Positions 12,697-25,680 are shown, numbered from the stretch's first letter. The stretch is 64,000 nucleotides of DNA from Octopus sinensis (GCF_006345805.1 NC_043004.1:96906001-96970000), one strand, 5' to 3'. Notes: generated by a model from the letters alone, not told the origin. A program made the numbers and translations.

Positions 12697-13104
12697 GGTG
12701 CAGGAGTGGCTGTGTGGTAAGTGGCTTGTTTACCAACCACATGGTTCCAGGTTCAGTCCCACTGTGTGGCACCTTGGGCAAGTGTCTTCTACTATAGCCT
12801 CGAGCCGACCAAAGCCTTGTGAGTGGATTTGGTAGACGGAAACTGTAAAGAAGCCCATCGTATATATGTATATATATATATATATGTGTGTGTGTTTGTG
12901 TGTCTGTGTTTGTTCCCCTTAGCATTGCTTGACAACCAATGCTGGTGTGCTTATGTCCCTGTCACTTAGCGGTTCGGCAAAAGAGACTGATAGAATAAGT
13001 ACTGGGCTTACAAAAAATAAGTCCCGGGATCAAGTTGCTCGATTAAAGGCAGTGCTCCAGCATGGTTGCAGTCAAATTACTGAAATAAGTAAAAGAGTAA
13101 AGAG
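12697..13104 (+). mobile_element. SINE family B, full length
   Basis: Head GGTGCAGGAGTGGCTGTGTGGTAA and B-box-like GGTTCAGTCCC. It has a CORE-like GGCACCTTGGGCAAGTG segment, an internal (TA)n(TG)n tract and a (GTAAAAGA)n tail. Confidence 0.9.
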
Positions 13105-13439
13105 TATATGTCTTATTGCATTGGTGGAGCATTGTGAAATTCATGCATCTCATAAGTGGATGACAATCAAGCCTGATACAGTTTTATACAAAGGGAAACT
13201 ACTAACCATGCTATGAACTGAGAATAGTAGCAAAAGCAGACTGGCCAGTGTTAGGTATTAAACATCTCTTAAAAAATGGTGTCCATCTGAAAGAAGTGGA
13301 AAATGCCAAAAAGAAGGAGTTCAATAAAGTCATATTTTTACTGAAACTTACTTATGGTCATTTATTTTATGGGGATTTTATAGCAAGAGAGGAAGATATT
13401 AAATTGGAATCACTTTTATCTCTTCCTTTCACATGTGAC

Positions 13440-13955
13440 AGCAGGTTTTTGGCATAAACTCAAAGGTCAGCAATGCACAGGAACTGGGAGAGTGCATGCA
13501 GGGTGGTTTCATCACCCAGCATGCATCTCGGACATGCTCGACTGATGGCACTTTTCCATGCCTATAGAATTCATCTCAAATAGGTAATACTCCTTGGTAA
13601 CTCTACCAAACCAGACTAAACCAGACCAAGGATTTCTGCAATTTATCCATTGAATCTGGGCATAAAATTTTCTGGAAGTGAGACACTGGTGGATCGTCTT
13701 TGACACCTTGGATTTTCCCCACCACTAAACCTCTATAGAACATTAAAGTAGACTTTCCCATGATGGCAGTACCCAACTGGCTGGGAGTTGTGAGCACTTG
13801 AAGCTATTCCACTTCCCAAACACTTTCAGTCTTTGCCTGTCCCAGGGCTGCAGCTCCATCAAACAGACCAGTTGGGGAAACATGAGTCTGGCAAACAATG
13901 ACCACTCCATTCACCATCAAGAAAGTGCTGGAGATGTCATTGCCTCAGCACATGT
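13440..13955 (-). mobile_element. L1/Tx1-clade LINE C-terminal relic with zf-RVT
   Basis: Broken frames read RHLQHFLDGE...GKSTLMFYRGLVVG...MDKLQKSLVW...YQGVLPI... and ACPRCMLGDETTLHAL (CCHC-type, 13490-13537). Confidence 0.7.
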
Positions 13956-14143
13956 TTAAACATCATCAGCCACGACATACATGTTTAAACATCATACATC
14001 ATACATGTTTAAACATCATACATGTTTAAACATCATCAGCCACGACATACTCTGCCTACCATGTAGTGGGTGTTGACAACTGATAAACTACCTGAGCATC
14101 ATAATACATTCCTTCCACAAGAAGCGGAAGAGTACATGTGCCA

Positions 14144-14375
14144 ATTCTTCCACTGCCCTAGGGACCAATTCTGTAGGTTTTTACTTCACTCTAAATGCTT
14201 TGTAATGTTTGTTTTTGAAAGTAGTGGTTTTCTGATTGCAGCTCTCCCACAAAATCCGACTTTGTGCAGCTCCCGGTGAACAGTTTTTGTGGAAACTGGC
14301 TTCTCAAGGTGATCATTAATCTCTGCTGTAATTTTGGGAGCTGTGCTTTTGTGATCCTTTCTAACAATTCGTGTA
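14144..14375 (-). pseudogene. Tc1-family transposase fragment (second HTH to start of the DDE region)
   Basis: Reads LTRIVRKDHKSTAPKITAEINDHLEKPVSTKTVHRELHKVGFCGRAAIRKPLLSKTNITKHLE*SKNLQNWSLGQWKN, with the conserved W mutated to a stop. Confidence 0.85.
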
Positions 14376-14384
14376 AGAGCCCAA

Positions 14385-14660
14385 TGGACTGGCTCCTCTG
14401 CAAGTGGCATGTAAAAAAATCACCATTTGAGCATGGCCGTTGCCAGTACCGCCTGACTGGCCCTCATGCTGGTGGCACGTAAAAGCACCCACTACACTCT
14501 CAGAGTGGTTGGCATTAGGAAGGGCATCTAGCGGTATAAATTCTGCCAGATCAAGATTGGAGCCTGGTGCAGCCATCTGGTTCGCCAGTGCTCAGTCAAA
14601 TCGTCCAACCCATGCCAGCATGGAAAGCGGACGTTAAATGATGATGATGATGATGATGAT
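14385..14660 (+). mobile_element. RTE LINE 3' terminal fragment with (GAT)n tail
   Basis: Matches the 3' UTR end of the RTE at 32725-35288 (GGAAGGGCATC...CATGGAAAGCGGACGTTAA then GAT repeats). Confidence 0.85.
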
Positions 14661-14695
14661 GTACAGATTTTACTGATCTTAGATTAATGAATGGC

Positions 14696-14808
14696 AAAGC
14701 TGGTTTCACCACAAAATGAACCTGGATAGAGAGAAAGACAATGCTAAAAAGCGTCCATCACATAACTTTTAGTTTTATCCAGGTTCAGTTTGTAGTGAAA
14801 CCAACTTT
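14696..14808. repeat. Small MITE-like inverted repeat (33-bp arms)
   Basis: 14696-14728 matches the reverse complement of 14776-14808 with 3 mismatches. Confidence 0.7.
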
Positions 14809-14885
14809 CATACAATAATGGTAACATCGACAAAACAGCAACAACAATAGCAATAACAAAAAAAATAATATATGATACACCAGCC

Positions 14886-15655
14886 TTCGTGCTGGTGGCA
14901 CGTAACAAACACCATCCGATCATGGCCGTTTGCCAGCCTCGTCTGGCACCTGTGTCCATGGCACATAAAAAAAAACCCCTCTGAGCGTGGCCGTTCGCCA
15001 GCCTCGTCTGGCACCTGTGTCCGTGGCACATAAAAAAAACCCCTCTGAGCGTGGCCGTTCGCCAGCCTCGTCTGGCACCTGTGTCCGTGGCACATAAAAA
15101 AAAACACCATCCGAGCATGGCCGTTCGCCAACCTCGTCTGGCACCTGTGTCGGTGGCACATAAAAAACACCATCCGAGCGTGGCCATTCGCCAGCCTCAT
15201 CTGGCACCTGTGTCGGTGGCACATAAAAAACACCATCCGAGCATGGCCGTTCGCCAGCCTCGTCTGGCTCCTGTGTCGGTGGCACAAAAAAACACCATCC
15301 GAGCGTGGCTGTTCGCCAGCCTCGTCTGGCACCTGTGTCGGTGGCACATGAAAAACACCATCCGGGCGTGGCCGTTCGCCAGCCTCGTCTGGCACCTGTG
15401 TCGGTGGCACATGAAAAACACCATCCGGGCGTGGCCGTTCGCCAGCCTCGTCTGGCACCTGTGTCGGTGGCACATAAAAAACACCCACTACACTCACGGA
15501 GTGGTTGGCGTTAGGAAGGGCAACCAGCTGTGGAAACTCTGCCAGATCTGACTGGCCTGGTGCAGCCTTCTGGCTTCCCAGACCCCAGTTGAACCGTCCA
15601 ACCCATGCTAGCATGGAAAGCGGACGTTAAACGATGATGATGATGATAATGATGA
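14886..15655 (+). mobile_element. RTE 3' UTR fragment carrying about 9 tandem ~63-bp units
   Basis: The CCAGCCTCGTCTGGC motif (with single-base variants) recurs at about 14932, 14998, 15062, 15128, 15191, 15254, 15316, 15379 and 15442. The RTE terminus and (GAT)n follow. Confidence 0.9.
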
Positions 15656-16722
15656 TACCAGACACTAAACAGTAATGAAGTTTTAGTACGAAGAAAAATT
15701 TTATGTCTTCGAGACACCTCGAAAAGAAGAAAAAAAAAGAAAGAAAAAAAAACTAACGAGAAATAGAAGATAGAAAGATAAAAACATCTTTAACAAAACA
15801 CAGATAGGAGATTAAATAATAACTAAAACAAAAGTTTTTATATAACCTAAATGATGGTGCTATGGGGTAGCAGTAAACGATTTCATTTCAGAAAACAATT
15901 TGAAATATTCTGGACCTTTCTCTAGCAGTGCTGTCTTTGTGTATATAAATGTGTTTGCGTAGAGTTCTTGTTAAACCTTGCCAAAATATTTGCCTCAGTG
16001 AGCTAATTTCTGTCATAATAGAATAAACGGTGGAAGAACAGGGTGACGGGTTGTTATCACTTTCAGAAAAACATCAGCTGATTGTTTTGCCAAAAAAATT
16101 GTGTGTGTGTTTCTGTGTATGTGTGTGTGTGTGTGTGTGTGAGTGCGTGCGTGTGTGTGTGTGTGTGTGCGCATGTGTGTGTGTGTGTGTGCATGTGCAT
16201 GCGCGTATATGTGTGTGTGTAGACGTATATGGATACACACATGAATGTATTGATAGCTAGATATACATTTATAAATATAGATTGATAGATAAATACACAC
16301 ACACACACACACACATACATGAATATAAATGTTTATATCTGTGTGTGTATGTGTGCGTGTATATATATATATATGTATATATATGTATACACTTAAAAAT
16401 AGATGTCTTTCTATATTCACACATATATATATATGTGCATACATATATATATATATATATATACATACATATATGTATACACACACATACACACAATCAA
16501 ACACACATGTACACACACAGAGATAAATTGATAGATAGATAGTTAGATAGATAGATAGATAGATAATGCCTAATTGAATTATATTGCATAACACTGCTTC
16601 TCTTTAAAGGGTGTATATGAGTGCATGTATAAACACGTGTATACATTTATACAAATTGATATATATATATATATGTATACACACACATACATATACATAA
16701 AAGTGCATATGTATATATATAT

Positions 16723-16864
<142 letters not shown>

Positions 16865-17189
16865 TATATGCATACATACTAACAGGCTGCTATTACTTTA
16901 TCACTTTGTAGCTCAGTCTTTTTCGTTTTGTACCATTGTCTTCAGTAGGAAAATGGTTATTCACAGAAACTGTTTTTCCCCACATATTTGTCTACTTCTC
17001 AGTTTGTGTTTCTGCAACTCCTTTTGCAATAAGAATTATGTTTTTTTGTTTTACAATTCTCACTTTTTTTGGGATGCATATTTTATTTTTTCTTTCATTA
17101 TATATTTTCCTTTATTTTTTTTTTTCATTCCGCATTCTTCTTATTCTTCTTCCATCTGAAATTTCTTCTAATAAAGGTTTTATTTTTAT

Positions 17190-17295
17190 TATTATTATTA
17201 TCTTAATTATGTTTATTATTATTATTATTATTATTAAAAATCATCAGCGTTGTTGCTGTTGTTGTTGTTGTTGATGTCATTATTATTATTATTAA

Positions 17296-17341
<46 letters not shown>

Positions 17342-17510
17342 GCTATTGTTGTTATTATTATTATTATTATTATTATTGCTATTGTTATTGTTATTGTTAT
17401 TATTACTATTATTATTATTATTGCTATTGTTGTTATTATTATTATTATTATTATTATTGCTATTGTTATTGTTATTGTTATTATTACTATTATTATTATT
17501 ATTGCTATTG

Positions 17511-17545
<35 letters not shown>

Positions 17546-17546
17546 G

Positions 17547-17581
<35 letters not shown>

Positions 17582-17582
17582 G

Positions 17583-17629
<47 letters not shown>

Positions 17630-17633
17630 GCTA

Positions 17634-17680
<47 letters not shown>

Positions 17681-17830
17681 GTTGTTATTATTATTATTAT
17701 TATTATCATTATTATTATTATTATCATTATTGCTATTATTATTATTGTCACCATCATCATCATCCTCATCACCCTCATTATTATTGTTTTTGTTATTGTT
17801 ATTATTATTATTATCGTTGTTGTTGTTCTT
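17190..17830. repeat. Compound (TAT/TGT/TGC/CAT)n trinucleotide array
   Basis: About 600-bp low-complexity tract. It is the source of the 207-aa and 211-aa poly-L/poly-I ORFs. Confidence 0.95.
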
Positions 17831-18711
17831 GTTAACACTATTAATACTTTTACTGCTCTTACTGTTCTTTTAATGTTTTTTAAAAATTATTTTTTATTAT
17901 TATTATCATTTTCATTATTATTATGGTTGCTGTTATCATTGTTGCTATTGTTATTATTATTACTATAATCATGATCATGGTCATCATCGTCATCATCATC
18001 ATCATCATTATTATTAATAACATTGCTTTTGTTGTTGTTGTTGTTGTTATTGCTTTCTGTGTCTGCGCAGTTTTTTTTTTTCCTGTGAGTCAAACATTAT
18101 GAGTCATAGTGGAAATCTCCTTGTGTTTTATGTCGACTTATATTGCTGTGCAAATTAGAAAACTATTACAATGCTGATTCATGAGACAGTGTTTAATGAG
18201 GTGAGAACTAGCAAATTAAGTGTAAGGATATTGTTGTGTGTTTGTGTTTGTGTGTGTTTGTGCATGTGTGTTTGTGCATGTGTGTATGTGTGTGTGTGTG
18301 TATGATGTGTCTATTTATGAAGGCATGTATATCTGTATATAAATTTATGAAAAGGAAATACACAGGCACGCACACACACACATGCACACATGCAGGTGCC
18401 TGTATAAATAAATACATATGTGTAGGTCCACATAGGCACACATCTGTCTGAATATATATGTCTTCATATGCAAAAAGTTCTATGCAATTAGAGATACATG
18501 TGTGTGTGCGTGTGTGTGTGTGTGTGTGTGTATAAAGAAAGATAGGTAAATAGATAGATAAATGTATAGATACTCATGGCTAATTCAAAGGAATTTATGT
18601 AAGTACTTATTTTCAACTATAAATATAGATGTATACACATGTCTACATATATATTATTTGCAAACCAGCATGCCCTTATATATATCACAGCATGTGTGAA
18701 TACATACATAC

Positions 18712-18751
<40 letters not shown>

Positions 18752-18766
18752 GTATACGTATGTATG

Positions 18767-18824
<58 letters not shown>

Positions 18825-19384
18825 TATATGTGTGTGTGTTCATATATATAGACATATACATGTATGTACATATATATGTGTATGCGTGTTAGAAAACACT
18901 CATGCACACATACACAGGTGCACTCACACACACACACAGAGTCATACATACTTAGACTTCTGGCTATACATATGTATTGATTCATGATTAATTCTATGCC
19001 AGTTCCTTACTCAAAAGAAGCAAATGTCTTGAACAGAATCTTGCAATAACAGGTTTAGAAAATTATTAACCATTTTATAATGATACTGTCTACCGAAAAT
19101 CTCAAGGAAATAAAAAAAGTAAAAAATTCTTTTTCGATGTAGCTTATAATCCCTTATATTTGCTAAAGAGCATAAAGGAAAAAATTCGTGAAATACAGTT
19201 TTACAGACAAACCTAACACTCAAATTATTACCATTTAATTGATAGGTTTCTTTGCTTTAAAGTTTCTCTTCCTACATTTACACCCTTTTATTTTTTATTT
19301 ATTCCTTTGTGAAATTCTTAAAAACAGAAAAATATTTTCCATGAGTTATGTTAGAAATCATCATTAATATTAGCATATTTATTA

Positions 19385-19830
19385 AGGTGGCAACCTGACA
19401 GAATCATTAGCATTTCCTGGTAAAATGCTTAGCAGTATTTTTTCCAGTTTTATGACCTGAGTTCAAATTCCTCTGAGGCTGACAGCCTTCCATCCTTTCT
19501 GGTAGATAAAAAGAGTAACATTTGAGCAGTAGGTTGATGTTATCAATGTACCCCTCTGCCAAAATTTGAAATCAATATTAGAGTATTTATTATTAGTATT
19601 ATTATTATTTTCTTGGTGGCAAGCTGGCAGAATCATTAGCATACCAGACACAATGCTTAGCAGCATTTTAGTTGCTTTATGTTTTGAGTTCAAATTCCAC
19701 TGATGTCAACTTGGATTTTTATTGCTTAGAGGTTGATAGAACAGTACCAGTTAAGCACTGGAGTTGATGTTAATTTACCAACCCTACTTTCTTTGAAATT
19801 TCAGTCCTTGAGCTTATAGTAGAAAAGATT
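19385..19830 (+). mobile_element. Two degenerate tandem SINE family A copies
   Basis: Heads at about 19385 and 19615, each followed by GAGTTCAAATTCC and a type-1-like tail. Confidence 0.7.
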
Positions 19831-19949
19831 ATTCCCTTTATAGAAGTTTTATTTCTAGGGCATGCATTCACTGTATGAGTGAGTACAATTTTGTACATGC
19901 TGTCTATGCTCAGTGTCTTATCAAAAATATTTTTGTTTTGTTTTCTGTT

Positions 19950-21930
19950 CTATTGAAGGTGCTCTAATAAGTTTGCAGTGTCTAGAAATGCTATTTTCTA
20001 TTTGTTATATGTAATATATAGTTGTAGGTCCTGGGATTTTGATAGTGTGTTTATTTGCATTTTAAAATTATTCTAAGGCCATCTTCTACAGTAGAAATTA
20101 TTTTTGTTTCCAGTATTAACACTCTGGTTGTCTCTATTTCCAGATCTTTATATCTGAATAATTTTAATTTTATTTTTAAAGATATCCTGTCATGACTGAC
20201 ATTTTGATTAGGAAACATTAATTCTCATTGACAGTAATATCTGCTTGATTAAGCTTGACACCCCTGTTTGTAGGTATTGTATACCCCAAACCATGTTTGC
20301 TTTGTAAACTTATGGGGTCTTTTCTGGTGAGTGTTTGCTATAAATTCTCTGTCAATATGCTAGTAAAAGAAAATTTCATGACACTAGTAAAAGAAATATG
20401 TGTCCAATATATGAAACCTCAACCTTGTTATCTCTATAGATCTATTATGCCTTCCTTAAAGCTGGACAGCTAATGACAATGTGTTTAATTGTTTCTTTTC
20501 CATCTCCTCAAATTTTGCAGATGCTCTGCTCTGATTTATTGCATACTTTTAAAAGTTGCAAATGACAGACTTTTATAAATGTGCTACAATCATGAATCCT
20601 TCCAGTTTAGTTCTGAGTCCTATACTTACTTGACAATGTTAAGATTTTTCTGTATTTTTTAAAATTCTGATCTTCTTTCTATCCTTCATATTTTGGCCAC
20701 ATATGCCTTTATTTGCCATTAGTTTAAACTAGCATTCTGTAATTGCCTTTTACTTCAACTTGTATGTATTGGCTTCCTTGATGGCAGCGAATTCTTTTTT
20801 TCCCAATTTGGCCTCAGTGCCGGTGGCACGTAAAAAGCACCATCCGTTCGTGGCTGTTGCCAGCCTCGCCTGGCCCCCGTGCCGGTGGCACGTAAAAAGC
20901 ACCATCCGATCGTGGCCATTTGCCAGACTCGTCTGGCACCTGTGCCAGTGGCACGTAAAAAGCACCCACTACACTCATGGAGAAACATCGCCAGATCAGA
21001 CTGGGCCTGGTGCAGCCTTCTGGCTTCCCAGACCCCAGTTGAACCGTCCAACCCATGCTAGCATGGAAAGCGGACGCTAAACGATGATGATGATGATGAT
21101 GAATATATTAGTTTTTACTTGTTCTTTACTACACATATTCGTGGATCTACTGTAGATATGTTATAATAATTTTCTACTTGTAAGGGGCTTATATCTCACT
21201 CTATTAACATTGACTATACACTTTCTGTATCAAATTTTTGGTCATATGTGTTAAATGCAATCACTATTTTAATTATTATTATTTTCTTATCTATCTTGGC
21301 TAATTCATTTAGCGTTTAGTTGCAAATATAATCATATCTTATTATAGGGACAGCTACAGTATTTAGGCGTATTACCTAATTTTCTTATTACATTTAGCTC
21401 TGCTTTTAGTATTAATCATATATAACTTTCTAATCCTTTCTTTCATTTGTGTGTTTTGCACTCCGTCTTGTTCATTAATTCATAATCTGTAATTCTTTTA
21501 TATTTGTTTTATTTTTCTTCTATTGACCATGGCTTAGAATTCTTAATTAAATCTCTTCCAGTTTACCTAAGAGCATTTTTTTCTTATCCAAAATTCTCAT
21601 CAGGTTCTATAGTAAATCTGTATGTCTTAACTTAATGTTTCTCATTTATCATTTGTAGATAACAACTTGAGGTTATCCACATGCAAGATATTTATATTTG
21701 TGTTTAATTTATTTTAATATGTTGCTTGAAACCGCACAGAAGAAATATGGTAAAATGGAATCCTTAGAGTATTTGTAATTTTTTCATTTGCCTGTCTTTG
21801 TGTTTGGCATGATTAACATAACTACTAATTATTAGTGTTATCTTACACATGACTAGTATTTACAGAATCAACAAATGTAAGATATTATCAAAAGTTTTCT
21901 TCTAATAAGAAGCCGAGAGAGTTTCCCTTA
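19950..21930 (-). mobile_element. Old Dong/R4-clade LINE fossil (RT through RLE), interrupted by an RTE 3' end
   Basis: Ordered remnants on the minus strand: KTFDNILH (~21890), LHVDNLKL (YMDD position, ~21675), MKERIRK/ILKAELN, ETIKHIVISCPAL (20457-20497), YKDLEIETTRV (20118-20152) and KIPG...TA. Confidence 0.7.
20812..21101 (+). mobile_element. RTE 3' fragment with 2-3 repeat units and (GAT)n tail
   Basis: Same 3' UTR as the 33-kb element, with an internal deletion of the GGAAGGGCATCC segment. Confidence 0.85.
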
Positions 21931-22435
21931 TCAGAATTTAAGTGATCAAGTTTAAGAGAGCAAATGCTGAATCTCTGATTAAATATAAATAGATTACTTA
22001 TTCCTGTTGTCCTGCTATTTAAATGCTGCTGTTATTTGATGACTCCTAAGACATCAGAGAGCTTCTAGTAACAGACTCTTGGTGCATCAATTCCTGGATG
22101 TGTTAATAATCAATTGGCTTTGTGCTAAACACACTCCACAAACACTTATTATTTGCATAAATATATATATATATATGCATTTGCATTAATATATATAATC
22201 ATATATAAACCTCCACATGTACACATTCAATTAATCCTTTTTACCATTTGAAAAATCCATTTTGTCAAAACTACCTGCGAGCGCGAATGATACCTTATGT
22301 ATCCTGAAAATCATTATTTTAAACCACATGGATTTCAGCTCACATATACATGCTATTATGTTTGTATTGCTTCGCATCCTTGCCAGCTATTTCATTCACA
22401 TACATACTTTTTCCCACTAATTCATTCATTATATA

Positions 22436-22835
22436 GGCACAGGAGTGGCTGTGTGGTAAGTAGCTTGCTTACCAACCACATGGTTCTGGGTTCAGTCCCA
22501 TTGTATGGCACGTTGGGCAGGTGTTTTCTACTATAGCCTCGGGCCGACCAAAGCCTTGAGAGTGGATTTGGTAGACAGAAACTTGAAGAAGCCGGTCGTA
22601 TATATGTATGTATGTGTGTGTGTGTCTGTGTTTGTCCCCCCCAACATCGCTTGACAACTGATGCTGGTGTGTTTACGTCCCCATAGCTTAGCAGTTCGGC
22701 AAAAGAGACTGATAGAATAAGTACTAGGCTTACAAAGAATAAGTCCTGGAGTCGATTTGCTCGACTAAAGGCAGCGCTCCTGCACGGCCACAGTCAAATG
22801 ACTGAAACAAGTAAAAGAGTAAAAAAAGAGTAAAA
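22436..22835 (+). mobile_element. SINE family B, full length
   Basis: Near-identical to 12697-13104. Confidence 0.9.
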
Positions 22836-23486
22836 AAGTATATAACTAATGACTATCAAGAACTTCCTGAAGATCTTTTCTGTTTGGCCACAACCTTTCA
22901 ATTTCTTCAATTTTGTGTCAATTGATTTCAAATTTGGTGTATTGATAGAGTTTTGTATATTTATTATTAACATGAAATTCATTTTCGCCATAAGACAATA
23001 AATAAGTTGTTTATAGCTTTTAAACTTTGAAAATGTTGGGTAATGTTAGCCAACTAAAAGCCACAGACATACAAGTGCCTCTTTCTAAGTATTGGAAAGT
23101 TCCATGTGTGTATTCAAAAAAACCACATGAGCTTACAAATTGATATTTTATGCTGTGTTTCCCTGCTTGTATGCTACAAAATATGTTGTTTACTCTTTTT
23201 TACTCGTTAAATGCATATTGAATGCTTAAAATTACAGAATATGTGTTGTTTACTTGGTTCCTTTTTGTCATCTTTTTACTTATTAAATGCTTGAAATATG
23301 TGCTATCATTGCAATATTGACATTATTGTTTTGCCGTCTTATGACTGCAATCTGGCACAAAATGATAGCTTCCAAATTCTGTTTCCTGACTGGGTAAAAA
23401 TTACCAAAGCTTAAATCTCTGGAATGTAAATTCTTTTTTTCGTGGACAGGGTGAATCAGACCCTGAGATTCAGTATAAAAAAATTA

Positions 23487-23626
23487 CAGGAGTGGCTGTG
23501 TGGTAAGTAGCTTGCTTACAAACCACATGGTACCTTGGGCAAGTGTCTTCTACTATAGCCTCGGGCCGACCAAAGCCTTGTGAGTGGATTTGGTAGACGG
23601 AAACTGAAAGCACCCCATCGTATATA

Positions 23627-23689
<63 letters not shown>

Positions 23690-23919
23690 GTATGAGTGTG
23701 TGTATATGTTTGTGTGTCTGTGTTTGTCCCCCTAACATCGCTTGACAACCGTTGCTGGTGTGTTTACATCCCCATAACTTAGCAGTTCGGCAAAAGCAAC
23801 CATTAGAATAAGTACTAGGCTTACAAAGAATAAGTCCTGGGGTCGATTTGCTCGACTAAAAAGGTGGTGCTCCAGCATGGCCAGTCAAATGACTGAAACA
23901 AATAAAAGAGTAAAAGAGT
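23487..23919 (+). mobile_element. SINE family B with deletion of the B-box region
   Basis: Family consensus, but CCACATGG joins directly to TACCTTGGG. Confidence 0.9.
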
Positions 23920-24782
23920 ATCAATACACCAAATTTGAAAATTTTCCCTAAATTTTAAGATTTCAAAGTTTTCTGCCAAACAGTGATGAGATCCCTCACT
24001 GCTTTTTACACTCTTCTCTGCAAGAAATTACACACTCTTTGTCTTCTATTCTCTTATTATTTCCCATACTTGCTCTATAGCATACGTGGTCCAAGCTGTG
24101 TGAATGGAGCTGTGTAAACAGAAATTATGTGGAAGCCTACAAGACTACATCTGTTATTCAAAGTTCCAGCCATATTACATTTTGTGTCACACATACTCTA
24201 CCTGAAAAGTACATTAAGGGAGTGTGTCTGATTCACCTACATGTTAAATTATTTGGTATCAAGTTCGGTTGATCAAACGACTAAGTGGTCATCCATGTCA
24301 AAATCAGCAAAGGATGCTCCCTCCTACCACTTGCTCTTCTTCTTCTTCTTCTTCTTCTTCTTCTTCTTCCTCTTCCTCTTCTTCTTCACTTTCTTTTCTC
24401 TGCCTCATCTGCTTTGTCCGCAACCACATCTGCCTCTGCCTCGTCTGCTTCCACATCTGCCTCTGCTTCTTCCTATACCTCTTCTTCTGCCTCCTCCTCC
24501 TACTCACCCCCCCACCACCATCAAATTCATTATCATCATCATTGTCATCATCATCATATTGACTTACTAGTGGTGCATTTTTTTTTGTGTATATGTGATT
24601 ATTTGATATTTTTGCTCATAATTTTCCCTCTAGATCACCAAGAAATGCCTATCCTTATTACTATTTGAATTATTTAACTGTGCAACAACTTAGTCTTATA
24701 AGTGTGACCTGAATATATAAAACGTTAGGGATTTTCAGATGAGGTGTTTACTGATTTCCTTGTTTTTTTCACTAATAGGAAC

Positions 24783-25068
24783 ATCATCATCATAATCATC
24801 ATCGTTTAACGTCCGTTCTCCATGCTAGCATGGGTTGGACGGTTCGACTGGGGATCTGGGAAGCCAGAAGGCTGCACCAGGCTCCGGTCTTATCTGGCAA
24901 TGTTTCTACAGCTGGATGCCCTTCCTAACGCCAACCACTCCGTGAGTGCAGTGGGTGCTTTTTACGTGCCACCTGCACTGGTGCCAGGCGAGGCTGGCAT
25001 CGGCCATGGTCGGATTGGTGCATTTTACGTGCCACCGACACGGAAGTCAGTCGAGGCGGCGCTGGCAT
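24783..25068 (-). mobile_element. RTE 3' fragment
   Basis: (CAT)n followed by the reverse complement of the RTE terminus. Confidence 0.85.
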
Positions 25069-25531
25069 TCAGAATGTAGTAGGGCTAATACGATGGTTTC
25101 TGAATTGTGATTTCTGATTTAAGCAGAGAAATTCAAACTTATAAGAGGAGGCTAAGAGATCTTCCTAGAAAGAATTTGAGGAAAATAAGAATATAACATA
25201 GACACATTGCCTATGATCAAGTTATGATGGTGATTGAGTTAATGATTTCATAATCAAGTAGATATGCATTCCTTATGGTCGACCCAATCACAAGAGCAAT
25301 TCAGTTGTTTGAGACTTGGGGAAAAAATCCTGGGACAGAATAGCAGGAAAAAGTCCTTGAAACATTTAGAATTAAGAGAAGTCAACTATAAAAAATATAA
25401 ACAATCCAATGAGTATACTTCAATGTTGCCATTTCACATACTAAAAATATCAAACGAATGTCCCTCAAACCATATTCTACCATCTTTAAAAATGAGAAAT
25501 ACGCATTGGGCAATATATTTTTAGACATATA

Positions 25532-25680
25532 TAGTTGAAGTTTATAGAAAAACAAAAGACGAAGACAGGTGTATGAACAACAAGCAAGTGTATTAGTTTG
25601 ACGCTCAGGAAAATGCAAAAGCCTTTTACATTTCGAGCCTATGCTCTTCTACAGAACGGAATAAGAGAAAATAAACAGAG
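25532..25680 (-). mobile_element. Penelope-like terminal fragment with hammerhead-like motif
   Basis: Homologous to 36049-36200. The minus strand reads CTGTAGA A GAGC ATAG GCTC GAAA TGTA at 25622-25659. Confidence 0.6.

Noticed and set aside
12697-12765. tRNA-like A/B boxes at SINE heads
   Set aside because: They are SINE promoters followed by SINE bodies, and no complete cloverleaf is present.
13951-14050. Short CATGTTTAAACATCAT duplications, and the ~35-bp duplication at 2392-2462
   Set aside because: These are ordinary local slippage or junction duplications with no sign of function.
14920-15480. Resemblance of GGCCGTTCGCCAGCCTCGTCTGGCACC to the HDV ribozyme P3/L3 region
   Set aside because: No P1 5' strand complementary to ACCTGTG and no P2/J4-2 elements could be assigned, and the loop is too short.
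14744-15614. 268-aa repetitive ORF and overlapping ORFs; also a CRISPR-like appearance
   Set aside because: They come from the ~63-bp RTE 3' UTR units. The units are contiguous with no unique spacers, and there are no cas genes.
17203-17873. 207-211 aa poly-Leu/poly-Ile ORFs, and the many YIYI/VCVC/HTHT ORFs elsewhere
   Set aside because: They are translations of (TAT)n, (TA)n, (TG)n and (ATCT)n microsatellites that lack stops by composition.
24700-25350. Possible very old mariner N-terminal remnant; also faint RTE-like traces at 62450-62900 and a repeat at 4900-5560
   Set aside because: They are too decayed to assign by eye.
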